A stretch of 64,000 nucleotides of DNA from assembly GCA_012295275.1 (NCBI GenBank), contig CM022671.1, positions 13,516,001 to 13,580,000 on the forward strand. The letters run 5' to 3'. The first letter of the stretch is position 1. Each line of letters begins with the position of its first letter. Shown in pieces: positions 31,401 to 44,116 of this stretch. The notes below the pieces were generated by a model. The model was not told the DNA's origin. It ran no database searches and saw only the letters and a list, made by a program, of their open reading frames with translations. A program made the position numbers and the translations under genes. The stretch is from Chrysomallon squamiferum. Lineage: Eukaryota > Animalia > Mollusca.

Positions 31401-32083
31401 TACTATGTGAACATAACAAATTCGTTAATCGTAATAAACATATCAGCTAACTTGTCAAACACGAGTAATATGGAAAAAGAACTGTAAGAATATTTAGAAA
31501 ACAAATATTACCTGAAAAACCTTTGATATTTGTATTCGTAGAAGTGTCTTGAAAAAGACTCATTGCTGAAACCAATTGTCATACATTTATTTAATAATAT
31601 TATTATGAGGAAAAGATCAGAATAGGAGGTGCAGTCATTGTTTAAACAGAAGTTTGAATGAACGAAAGTTTAAGGACACCCTGGTGTCAACACTGCTAAG
31701 ATTTCAGACAATGGTATGAAAATTATTTATTTAAAGAGGAATTTTATTAAAATTATTTAAATGCCGCCAAGTAAATTAAAATTGGGAATGCGATGCGTAA
31801 AAAGTTCGTCCTTAACCTTTAATCTATGTTTGAGTATACCTATTATTATAAAAATTATTAAAATGCGTTAATAAACCAAAACATTTTAAAAGTAAATACC
31901 ACAAAGTTTTCACTAATACTTTTATAATAATAATATATTATTTTGAATATATTATACAAATTTTAACATAATTATTATAACTAAATGTTTAAACTGTATT
32001 AATTTTATCAAAATTATTTCATTACTTAGGATGTGGTGCTGGTGATACTTACGTTGTGTGAGATTTTCTACTGATTTCTTCAT
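28482..32083 (-). CDS. Uncharacterised single-pass membrane protein (~591 aa) with short ectodomain and long Tyr/Pro-motif cytoplasmic tail (transmembrane-adaptor-like)
   Basis: Phase-consistent exons: 32106-32053 (ATG at 32083), 31565-31512, 31217-31073 (TM LLIVIIATSVLAFFLVVAIAVAC followed by basic residues), 30411-30318 and 29933-28482 (484-codon open exon). The tail contains VYVDI, IYSEV, IYDTI, IYNHL, EYDHL, HDYFVLE, HDYFVVE and RPPLPPR. The start codon is uncertain. Confidence 0.78.
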
Positions 32084-33096
32084 TATGATGTATTTTCTGT
32101 CTGCACCTGACAAAATGAAGTTTAAATCTGAAGTTGAACTTTATTTTTATTACAAATTACACCCAGATATCTTATGTAGATACAGACAGATAGATAGTTA
32201 GAGAGGTATTTAGAAAGATTGACATATAAACAGACTTAACAGTTTTATAATGATGTCTTACAAAGAATAGAAACAAAATAATAATCTATGAATCGTAATG
32301 GAACAATCAGAAACTGAAAATATTATAATATTATTTACATCCTAATTATAATGGTTGTCATTTATGTAGAAGTAAAATAACAATCAATATAACATGTAAA
32401 TAATTTAATAACAATTTATCTGATTTTAATTATAACAGCTCCTGGCTTATTTCTTACATTCATACAAAATACAGTTCATTACGACGTCCAAGTTAAAAGT
32501 TCTCTATGACACTAACTATTTGTGTTATAGAGTACGCGTTATTAGATAAGTACTTGATTATTCTGGAATTGTATCTAAATATTAATCAATGTTTACCAGT
32601 TAGACTTCAGCAGACGTTATGATGTTAACAGGATGCGCCGTTTTGACAAGAGCATACTTTACTTATTGCGAAAAATCCACTTATATCACTTCAGAAACAA
32701 TTATGACCTCGTTACATCCGTGTGAAAATGTGTATCGTGTTTATTCGCAAATATTATAAATAATAAATATTTATTTATGTAGGATCTATGTATTTCCATG
32801 GGAAAGTTTTCTGTTTTAAATATTTTTAAACAAATAAATTTAGAAATTTGATTCTCAAGCAGAAAACAATAAGTATTTGTTTATTTACTTATTTCTTCCA
32901 ATCTTTCTTTCTTTATTTACCTACTTAATTTTACATTATTTTATTTTATTTTATTTATTTATTTTGTGTATTTGTAAGCATTAAAAGTGAGAAATGAGAA
33001 GTTAAAAATCCGCATTTTGTACACATTATCTAAAAACACTAATTGAGAATTTGATTTCAGAGAAAGAAAACAATAAAGACATATTTATTTATTTGT

Positions 33097-33127
<31 letters not shown>

Positions 33128-33750
33128 TAATTTTAAAATGGTTTTTATGATGGATAATTCCGAATTTATGAAAATATTTTAATTCACCTATTTCCGTACT
33201 ACTGATTTTGAGCGAAACAAATTATGGTTAGAATAGGTTTACAGAAAATTAATTTGAAATTATATTATGAATTTTTCATTGTCAATTATTATAAACAAAT
33301 CAAAATAAAATGCAGAAGAAACAAAACAAAAGAAAAAGAGAAACATATCCATTAAGAAAACTAATTTAAGAATATTTCAATAACAACGAGACAAAAATTT
33401 GAAACAAAAGGAAATTCGTGTAAAAAGTAATTAAGTAACAATATCAAACAACAAAGCAAGAGAAAAACATACAAAACTCTCAGCAAAATCTTTGTTTAGC
33501 GACTGTCAGGGTTCAGACGTTGCACAGTATCGTTACGTATTCAAAATATAAAGGCCAGGATACCACATATATACAAATCTTGTATTTTTCATACGTATAT
33601 TTGTATGTATTTAGATATGTATCAGTACGTACGTTTATATCTACTTGTATGACATGAGTTGCATTTTTAGGTAACCCAGCATGTCATGTTTACTGTATAG
33701 GCATCATAAATTAATAAGTGTCAGTGAAAATGATGAACACTTTTTTCGTG

Positions 33751-34013
33751 TCATAACGGAAATATTCATCATTTTAAGAAATGACAGGGCTCAAAGATAA
33801 ACATCAGTTAAATTTTGGTTATAATTAGATCGCAGCACACATTGATTTTGATAGATATAAACTAAGCAACTAAGTAAAAATATGCACGGTTTTAATGTGT
33901 TTCTACATGTATCAAAATTAATGTGAGCTGCGATCTAATTATAACCAAAATTTGTCTTGATGTTTATCTTTGAGCCCTGTTTGTTTGTAAAATGATGGAT
34001 ATTTCCGTTATGA
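33751..34013. mobile_element. Foldback / MITE-like long inverted repeat
   Basis: Arms 33751-33853 and 33910-34013 are reverse complements over ~103 bp with few mismatches (e.g. CAGGGCTCAAAGATAAACATCA, AAATTTTGGTTATAATTAGATCGCAGC). Spacer ~56 bp. Confidence 0.85.
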
Positions 34014-34238
34014 TATGGATGTATGTATGGGTGTTTGTATGTATGCATGAACGTATATTTCTGTGTGTGCATGACTGTGTGTTAATAATCATTTATTAAG
34101 TAACGTACATGTGTACGTATGTATCTGTATTAATAAAATATATAACGTATGTGTATTTTTGTATATTGTGTATTAGATGAAATATGTGTTTTAAGTCTGT
34201 CTTTGTATGCTATATATGTATGTGTGTGTGTGTTTGTG

Positions 34239-34304
<66 letters not shown>

Positions 34305-34306
<2 letters not shown>

Positions 34307-35060
34307 GTGGTACCTCGACTTACGAGTTGTTCAGGTTACGAGCAGACGCGAGGTCGATTTTGTGCTCTGAGTTGCGAGCTAAAATCCGAGTTATGAGCAA
34401 GCTTCGGGTACGCCGCCGCTAGATGGCGCACCGAACAACATAACATCCGCCCAGCATCCCGCGTCTAACTCCTTTACTTCATGTAGTTACCTCGCCGCTG
34501 AAGCATCTCTGTAGTGTTCTGCTCGCGTTTTGTGCAGTATTTTGCCAGATTTCTTTTTTCTGGCCATGGATCCTAAGAAAGTGAATTCAAAGGACAGTGC
34601 TGAGAAGAAAATGCGGATGATGTCCATTGAATTAAAGCTTGAATTCATAGAAAAATACGAGCGAGATGTGCATGAAGTTGACTTGGCTAGGCAGTACGAG
34701 CATAGTACTTCTACGACATGCACCATACTGAAGCTGAAGGAATCGATAATGGCTGTAACTCCAGCCAAAGGCCTTAAAATAATTTGTCTGATCTCCACTT
34801 CACAAAACCAATTTATTTCTTTACTTTCTTTTTTTTTTTTTTTTTAATACAATATTTGTCATTTATAAATACATTTTTCTTATACAAATATACTTAAAAA
34901 AAAAAAAAAAAAAAAAAAATCGTTTGGTTTTTAAGAGTCCTGGAACGGATTAATGGTATTTCAATTAATTTCAGTTGAGAAAACTGATTTGATATATGAG
35001 CAAATTCAGATACAAGCTCGGTTACGGAACGATATAAACTCGTAAGTCAAGGTACCACTG
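34305..35060 (+). mobile_element. Internally deleted Tigger/pogo DNA transposon retaining the transposase N-terminal (CENP-B/psq-type HTH) coding region
   Basis: TIRs TAGTGGTACCTCGACTTACGAGTT / AACTCGTAAGTCAAGGTACCACTG. The ORF segment MDPKKVNSKDSAEKKMRMMSIELKLEFIEKYER...LARQY...STTCTILKLKESI is typical of Tigger transposases. Confidence 0.92.
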
Positions 35061-35337
35061 TGTATAGTTACGTAAGTTTGTGAACTATGTATGTGTATGA
35101 AATGTGTTTATATAGTGTATGTATGTATGTATGTATGCATGTGTGTGTGTTGGTATGTCTTCATGCTTATATGTATATATATATCAACAATGTATGTATA
35201 TAACTGCTTGGCATATCATGTAAATCACAAGTTAACAAATTTTTGTAACTTAACCTCGTTAACTCACCTCATTACTATTAAATCTTCATAACAACGCATT
35301 AACTTCGTAAATTAAATAAAGAAAATAACGTTATTAC

Positions 35338-35640
35338 CTACCAGAATAAATACAGTTACGCGAATCTGACATAGCAGCGCTCTTATTCCATGACTATTTG
35401 ATCACTGCTGAAGACTTTAAAGTTCGTAAACAATATACGGATACCAGTAATCACGTGACGCCATCAGTAAAGCACGAGACACAAAGAAACAAAGATGTCT
35501 GGAAAGCAACTCCCGGAAATCGCACGACGTTGTTCCGGAAACACTCGAGCTACCTTAGTCCGATTTTACGAACTGCTTGTCTTAACTGATAACTCCGTTG
35601 CCTTTGTTCTGAAAACTACTTAGCGTAAATTGTTTGAAAC
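35338..35640 (-). promoter_or_regulatory. CpG-rich putative promoter / first exon region of the 28.5-32 kb gene
   Basis: Dense CpG, a CACGTG E-box (~35452), two CCGGAA ETS-type cores (~35513, ~35535) and a minus-strand AG|GTAATA donor at ~35338. Confidence 0.35.
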
Positions 35641-35769
35641 CTATCTTTATGTTACAGGCTTTTGAAATCTAATTAATTAAACAGGACAGCACTTGCTCTG
35701 AGAAAACTTTGCTAACTGATGCAATAATAACTGCAATATGGCATGTATAAGATACTACTAATTTTGCAA

Positions 35770-35976
35770 TTATACATACATAAATACATACATACACATA
35801 CAATATACACACACAATACACAATTATATATACATACATATATATATACATGCATGCATGTATACATACATACATGCATGTATACATACATACATACATA
35901 AATATTACATATATAATATACATAATTACATACATACCTAAAAGCATACATAAATAAACACTCATGTACAAATACG

Positions 35977-36030
<54 letters not shown>

Positions 36031-36119
36031 AAAACACATACATACTTATATACATACATGCACACACACATATCCAGACATACATACATAAATAAATGGA
36101 TAAACACTTAAATATAAAC

Positions 36120-36206
<87 letters not shown>
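35770..36206. repeat. Compound (TACA/TA/CA)n low-complexity tract followed by (GA)n
   Basis: Direct reading; explains ORFs 35669..36121 and 35712..36107. Confidence 0.93.
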
Positions 36207-36211
<5 letters not shown>

Positions 36212-37226
36212 AATTAAAGAAAACTATATAAATAATAATAATAATAATTAACTAAATGTTTCGTTAACTTCCACGTAACAAAAAGCAATTAAATGTATAA
36301 CTAGCAGCGGACCCAGAAAGTCAGAGAAAAGAAGATACTGTAAACAAATGCAGAAGAAGAATGAGAATAATAAACACTTTGGTCTGTCTCCAAATTGAAA
36401 GAGTAAGTCGATGTTGTCTCATCCCTTGGATCCATTTATATTTCTCTTGTTGGCAAAACTAATCTTTATTTATTTTTTAAAACTTATGTTCCTTACTGAT
36501 AAAACAGTACTTGAGTAATCAGATTTAACGCATTGGGTTTCATGTTGAAGTGTTGTTTTCTGTCCACACTATACGTCATTTATATCGACTGCTTCGCAGG
36601 CGATTCTATCAGCGCGCGCGACACTCAAGAACCTATTACTAGTACTCCACATTCCTTCTCGTTGAAACTGCTGACGACATTTACTAAGTAGTAGTAAGAA
36701 AGTAAATAAATAAATAAATAAATTATATGAAATAACATTTCGAAAATAAGCGTAAGTCTGAGTATCTGTGTATCTGTTTGTTTGTTGTATATATCTATAC
36801 GATTTTAATTTGTTATAAATATATACTACATGCACGTGTATGTTCGAGTGTTGTGTATGCGTGTGTGTGTATATCTGTGAATATATAGTTTTTCATCTCT
36901 TTTGTTTATAAAACAATAAGCAGTTTCAGTGTTTGTAAACGGAACATAAAAGATAACATAACACTACTAATGAATAATAATGAGTAATATAAAATTAATA
37001 TTTATTTCATCAAGTAATTATCTTGAAAGTGGAGACAGTAAGTTTATTATTATGCTTCTTTCAGGTGTACGGAGAAATTAAACAACCTGAAACAAAGTGA
37101 TCAAGAAGTCTCTTTTTAATGATAATAACTGGTTTTTCAGTTCCAGGTTCTTACCCATAGACACACAGGGTAAAGATAAACCACAACTCCATTAATAACC
37201 TACTCACTTGTTAATGTGATACTCAT

Positions 37227-37228
<2 letters not shown>

Positions 37229-37307
<79 letters not shown>
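37229..37307. repeat. (TC)n microsatellite
   Basis: Direct reading. Confidence 0.97.
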
Positions 37308-37310
<3 letters not shown>

Positions 37311-37444
37311 TTCTAATTTCAGCTGAAACGTACACTTTAGTCGTATTTTATAATTCTAATAGAGAATGTTATATATACGAATTCTTTACAACGTCAGTTA
37401 TGAAGTCTAATTCATGTAGACACATTAAAAAATGAATACGGCTA

Positions 37445-38847
37445 TTACTTTTTGTCAGTGTCGTCTGTTGTTTCTAAAATAAAATAAATATGATTCGATT
37501 CGCTGTTTTCCCGTATTGTAACGTCCGATATTTCTGCATATTCATTTCCTTTTGATTCTAATATAAAATATAATCTGTTGTCTTCAAAACTATTATTAGG
37601 GCTTACTCCATCACTTCCGATAACTGATATGTCCGAGTTAACTTCTTTCGCTTGGTTCACTTTGGTCGAAATTACACCGGCAGAGTTTGATACCAGTCTG
37701 TTATAGGTATCTTCAGTTATTTTACAGGTAGATGTTTGTTTTGAAGAACTCTTAAATGCCCTTCGTGAAGAAGAATTAGAATTTGGGGCGCCTCGAAGAT
37801 GATCGTATGTCGATTCTCCGTCACATCCGGGAACATTTTGTGGAATCGTCCTGCGTATATCAGGAAGGGAGCACTCAACATGTGGTGTTGCTTCTGTTTG
37901 GTAGACGTCATCATGGAATATTTCCTGATTTCGATTAACACCTTTAACAGTTTTATTTGTATGTTGATTTGTACATTGGTTGATGACATTTTGAGAAGTA
38001 TTCTGGTTCGTATTAGAAATGTGTTGGATGACAGATACAACTATTTTCTAAAATAATAAATTCAAATAGAATGTATAAAATAGAATGATATTGTTATATA
38101 TTGTCACGGAAGATATACATCCATACACAGACATATTTACATACATATATACTCTAACTTAATTAGGCAAGAGTGGAAATCTAATTAATAACAGTACAAA
38201 CAAATTAGTTTGAAATACGAAAGGTATGTGTACATGCATGTGCAAATTAATTACCGACATTTATTGGATGTCTAACGTTATGAGATTATTAATGAATCAA
38301 AATAATAATAATTGACTCCTTTAGTGTCAAAGCATCAGTTTTATATATGAAATTTATTGATATGTAATAGCAAAAAGAATGACGGTAAATATTTGTCACT
38401 TTAGATATTTTATAAAACTACAAATATAAATGATAATAATGGATATAATGGATACTTACAGGTAGATGAGAATATGATAATTGTGATTCCTGTTGTTTTC
38501 TTTTAATTTTAGGTGATATTTTAAATCTGGATCTGAAAATAATTATGAGTATATAATACTGATTTCATCCTAATTTAATTGTATTGAGCACCTGATAGAT
38601 TGATACCATTTTTAACTGTTGCTGATCGATTTTTGTTTTCTTCTGAAATAAAAAAGCTATTCATTTGTGAAATTACTGAATATAGTTTAGTATTTCAATC
38701 AGTCATTTAAAGAAACCTCCATAATAATATTATCGAACAGTTTTTCTGTAAGGTTATTAATATAATTAATGACGCAATCACAGACGTATAGCGTGCCTGC
38801 TGTTCAATTCACTATTATTTATCATGCAATGTTATATTTGTTTTTTC

Positions 38848-38880
<33 letters not shown>

Positions 38881-39673
38881 TTTGTTGGTTGTATTTTTAT
38901 TTTTTATTTTTTTTTACTCTCCAGTTTCTATATAAATCTATATGAATGTAATATGTCCTTTAAATGATGTAAGTTGTTAGTCTGTGAAATATTCCCTGAT
39001 TAAAACAGAGTGAGCGACGTCGCACTTACTTTCGTCTTCCCCTGTACTTGATCCAGACAAGTATGGCGATGACGCATAGAATAACGAAGACTACCACTCC
39101 GGTGGCAACGCCAGCAGTTAATATTTCAGAATTTTGTATATCACTTCTGAACTGAGAAACTGTAAAATTTTATTTAAAAACTTTAACTAGAACGTTAATT
39201 AGAATAATATATACTGTGTCTACAAACAAATTTCATTACTAATAGAATAAGACATATGTGTTTTATGTTTATACGTATTACAACTTTAAATGTATTAATA
39301 ATACAGTACCGTTTATGTTAACTGAATCATACCAAAAAGTTCATAAAAAGAAAATAACTCATTATTTTTAGCCATAATCAGTACATAATAAAAATACACT
39401 TTTTGTATTATATCTACACATATACTGTGTTAAATACTTAATAAAAAAAATTGAAATAGTTACATCATCTGAAGAGTAAATGTGAAATTTTAAACAAATA
39501 ATTTATAATATTTAAAAAGATAATAATAAAAAGAATTTAAAATAAACAAATAAATAATAAAAGGAAACAAAAGAAAATTATAAAAGAAAACAAATATCAA
39601 AATCAAAAATAGTTTAAAACAAAAAAGTTGAAAATTAACTGAAGATTTATTGATTCATTTATTTATTTAATTC

Positions 39674-39704
<31 letters not shown>

Positions 39705-42019
39705 TATTTATTTATTGATTTATTATCATTATTATTATTACTTATTTTTTATTTTGTTGATAAGAAATGTAAACTCTAATATAACATGACATATGGGTGT
39801 CTGAACAATTCATTTAATTTTACAAGCTAACAAAAAAAAATAAAGAAAGAAATCTGACCTTTTCTTCTAGTTATTTTGTAAAACTGTCTGATTTTTAAAT
39901 TTATTTTACAACACTATTTCTACAAAATAAAGTCGTTTTGTTTAACTGCAGTACCTGTGGTACTTGAAGTTGTTTCAGGTGAGTCAGTGCGATTACCAAG
40001 ATGAACAGATGTCTCAGAACTTGTGTACCTAAATTCCGCACTCGTAGTCGTGGCTGAAAGTACTGGCAACGTTATCCATGAAGTTATCTTGATGTTTATC
40101 ATACCTGTTCAGATATTTTAACGATAAACTGTGTTGGATGTATATACCATTGAACTATAGTGCTTCAACGCCCTCATAATCACATTATTGTATTTCAGAC
40201 AAATTTCGATATAGATGGTGGCGTCCTTTCTTCCAAGTTCTCCACATTTCTAATTTAGCAAATTATATTCTTTGATAACTACTATTTTATATTATAAACA
40301 TTAGAAACCATTATAATAGATTAACTGTCAAAAGTATATTGTATTTGTTTATAATTTGATTCAACAATATGTAATAACAATATATTATAAAATAAAATTG
40401 GAAAAGATAATAAAAATAAAATTAAACAAATAGATACTTAAATAAATAAATAACATAAAATAAAATAAAATAAAATAAAATACACAAAACAAAACAAACT
40501 GAAATAAATCATAAACTAAAATAGCGTAAAGAAAGAAACAAAGAAAATAAACATGAAAGAAAAAACAAATTGAAATCTCACATTGAAGAAAAACCTGGTT
40601 TCCAGCAGGTGACATCAGTAAACACATCATAAGCTGACAAAAAGGTCTGAAAAACAGAAATAACAATTTACTCTTTTAATGCAGGCTTATTTTTCTATCC
40701 TTTTTTTTTTTTTTTTTATGTACAATTATTAACACAAATATAATATAATTAACAATATTTAGGTTGTGTCTAATAGAAACAAAAGTGAACTTCATACAGC
40801 CATAAAAAAAGAAATTTTTATTTTGTGTTTTATTTGGAATTATACATGTAGAAGCTAATTTACACTGTTTACACAAAAGAAAATGAAATATTTTGTTAAT
40901 TATTAATAAATGTGTTATGTTTATTTACAATATTTATAATCCAAATAATAGTTATATTTTTTCTTTTCTACCCTATTTTTTTATTTTTTATCTTAATTAA
41001 GTGACTTAGTTTTTTACTTCTTATTTATTTACTCATTGTTTTTTCTTCTTATTTATTTACTCATTGTTTTTTCTATCTGCTTCTTCTTCTTCTTTTATTT
41101 TTTATTTTTTGAAATCTCTTACTTATATCATTATTTTATATGGTAATATTTTAAAAGTTAAAGTTATGCTTTACGTCCATCTCTTATTTATGGAGGAAAA
41201 TTTCACTTACCCACACTGTACTTGTTTACTTCTTCTCCTTCGAGTTAGTTTATACATTGTTTTGTCATTTTTACCATTAGTCTTCACTCTGAATTCAGTC
41301 ACTCTACACGAGTAGTTGCAATACTTATAAGAACATAGGATATCTTGAGTAAAATAATAATAATAATAATAATAACAACAACAACAACACTAACAACAAT
41401 TACAATAATATAACAAGAACAGTAACAACAACGACAACAACAACTGTAACAATAATAATAATAACAACATTCAGAAAAGGATAATGAAGGAAAAGAAGAA
41501 AAAGTTCTCTTAATACATTAAGTTTTCAGCATTTCACAGTAATGACGATAATGAACACTAAATCCGAATGTCTAAATTAACTGCAGTGCAGAACAACACC
41601 TCACAACGTTATCTGAAATTACTAAAAGGTTGTACTGATATCGCTGAAAAGTTTAAAGAATAACGACGTGATAATGATGCTAATTATTATAATAATGATA
41701 ATGAAGGTAATAATGAATAATTTTAAATATAATTAATAAGAAATTTGTTTCTCGTTATTTTTTTTATTTTTTTATTTTTTTTTTGGTTAGACATGTTATA
41801 GATACCGTTCATCTAAATGTTACTAAGTTATCAATTTTATTTTATCAAATTAAACAAACTTTTTCTTTTCTTTACAGTATGTTTATTAAATTTATCTTTC
41901 AGCCTTTTTGTGTTTAATGTTAAGTAAGTCAAGCGAGTGTTTGTCAATGAAAAGCATAAAACACATACAAAATTTTGAGATGTTAAATGAACCTGAAAGA
42001 GAGAGAGAGAGAGAGAGAG

Positions 42020-42066
<47 letters not shown>

Positions 42067-44069
42067 CTAATCATTAGATTTGTTGATAAATACATGTAGA
42101 TACAAAAACAAAAAGACAAAAACGTAGACAAACACATAAACATACTAATGTATGGATCATACACATATGAGAATACGACTAATTATTATTATTATAATAG
42201 TTATTGCTGTTGTTATTACCACTAATAATAATGCTATTGTTATTATAATTATTGTTGTTGTTGTTATTGTAGTACTAGTACTGGTAAATGTATATAATAA
42301 TAATATTATAGATCCTCAGAATTATAAATTAAGGTTCGCTTAAAAAGGACTAATCTTTGCCATAAGTGAAATCTGGTTAAAGAACCAGTATAAAGAACTG
42401 AATAACAGTTCAATCTGTTAAACATTCCCTCTTAACCAAGATATTTTTTAAATTACATGTTCGTGCCAAAGCAGGTGTGTTTTGATCATTAGCAGGGTTT
42501 AAGAAACACAGGTCAGTATTAGAAATAAAAAATCAAGAAACATCTAGTTACGTAAGACGTACTTGTTCGCTTGTGGCATATTTGGATCCCTGAATTAGAT
42601 ATGGACATATTAAACTCTATGGAATTTGAGTGTATTCTTTATAAAATAAACTTGCACATATATTTCCACAAATATGCAGGTTTGTTAAAACATAATGATT
42701 GACAATGCAGTGGTATAAACGTACACCTAGATTTCCAGAGACAGGCGAGATTGTCAGAGCGACAGAGGTTAAGGACTGAGTGGACGACAGATCTCACATC
42801 AGAACACAGGGTTGAGATATCAAGTTTGCATGTATCTTCTGGATCCATAAACAGGTTCTCGATACACAAGTAAAACCTGTTACAATAAATAAAACAATGA
42901 AGCCTGGAAATTAACACCAATACAAAAGATATTTAAGCACACCCTAGCAAAACATTAGAAATTATCTGTGAAATTGTTTTAAACATGGGTTTAAATAGAA
43001 AGACCGACTGAAATATGTTTGCATATAAATAGAATGACAGAAATAACAATCAGTTAGTTAAACGGATAGTTAGATAGCTAGCTAGCTAGATAGTTAGATT
43101 CACAGACAGACAGATAAATAAGACAGATAAAAAAACAACAAATTAAAACAAATTTAGTTCATGATCATCGATTATATTTATCACTAAAATCATTATGTTT
43201 GAGTTTGATAATAGATAAAGATTTTTTATTAAAACATTTAAATATTTTTAGAAATGCAGTTTTATTTATTTTAATATTCATTTCCTACAGTTTATTTTTG
43301 ACATAATGATATTTCAATAAGATATACATTTTATATATTTTAACAACATAATTCATGCATTAATATAATACATAGGATGTGCGCTTTTTAACCTGAACAT
43401 TTGTGATCGACTTGTATCAAGGGCATCTTGTAAACTCCAGTTTGAAACTTGTCGTTGTGTGTAGTCATTATCGTCGTCGTCATAATCCTCGTCCCACATG
43501 TGTGGAGGAATCTGCTGAGAAACGTGCTCATGAACTATCAACTCTCTACAAAAAGAAATAATATATGCTAGGAAGTTAATTTGAATGCTACACTCTATTG
43601 TCAGGAAAACATTGGTGTCCAGTATTAAAATAAAACAAAAATGCTGCAGACGGACGTATGTGTAATATTTTAATTATACGTGATCAGAGTGTGCAACAAC
43701 TAAGTAGATAACAGCCATTATCTCCTATCACTAATTACTCGGGCAGTATCATACTCCGCTACTTAATAGATTTCTTAGACTATTTTAAGTAGAAAATTTA
43801 TGTTAATGAAACTGGTCAAGGACAGGAACGATTGTGTGTGTGTGTTTGTGTGTGTATTTGTGTGTGTATGTGTGTGTCTGTGTGTATGTGTGTGTGTGTT
43901 TGTGTGTGTATGTGTATGTCTGTATGTGTCTGTGTGTGTATTTGTGAGTGTATTTTTGTGTGTCTGTGTGTTTGTGTGTGTGTTTGAGTGTGTGTATGTG
44001 TGTTTGTGTTGTTTTTATTGCTGTTATAGCTGTCTGTTTGTTGATATTTTCTTCATTATTATATCACCG

Positions 44070-44116
<47 letters not shown>

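Noticed and set aside
34487-34798. Similar minus-strand ORFs at 11148..11369 and 34487..34798 as a small gene family
   Set aside because: They are antisense readings of the Tigger transposase fragments.
35669-36121. 150-aa and 131-aa ORFs and similar Cys/Val/Tyr/His/Ile-rich ORFs (e.g. 43800..44138, 56628..56903, 58325..58725)
   Set aside because: They are translations of microsatellites.
37717-38056. ORFs 37717..38040 (-) and 37799..38056 (+)
   Set aside because: Shadow frames of the real tail exon 38047-37445.
38592-38642. Possible extra 51-nt minus-strand exon in the receptor
   Set aside because: It introduces a stop in the phase required by the TM exon, so it was left out of the model.
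41005-41075. 29-bp tandem duplication (CTTCTTATTTATTTACTCATTGTTTTTTC x2)
   Set aside because: Ordinary slippage in an AT-rich intron.
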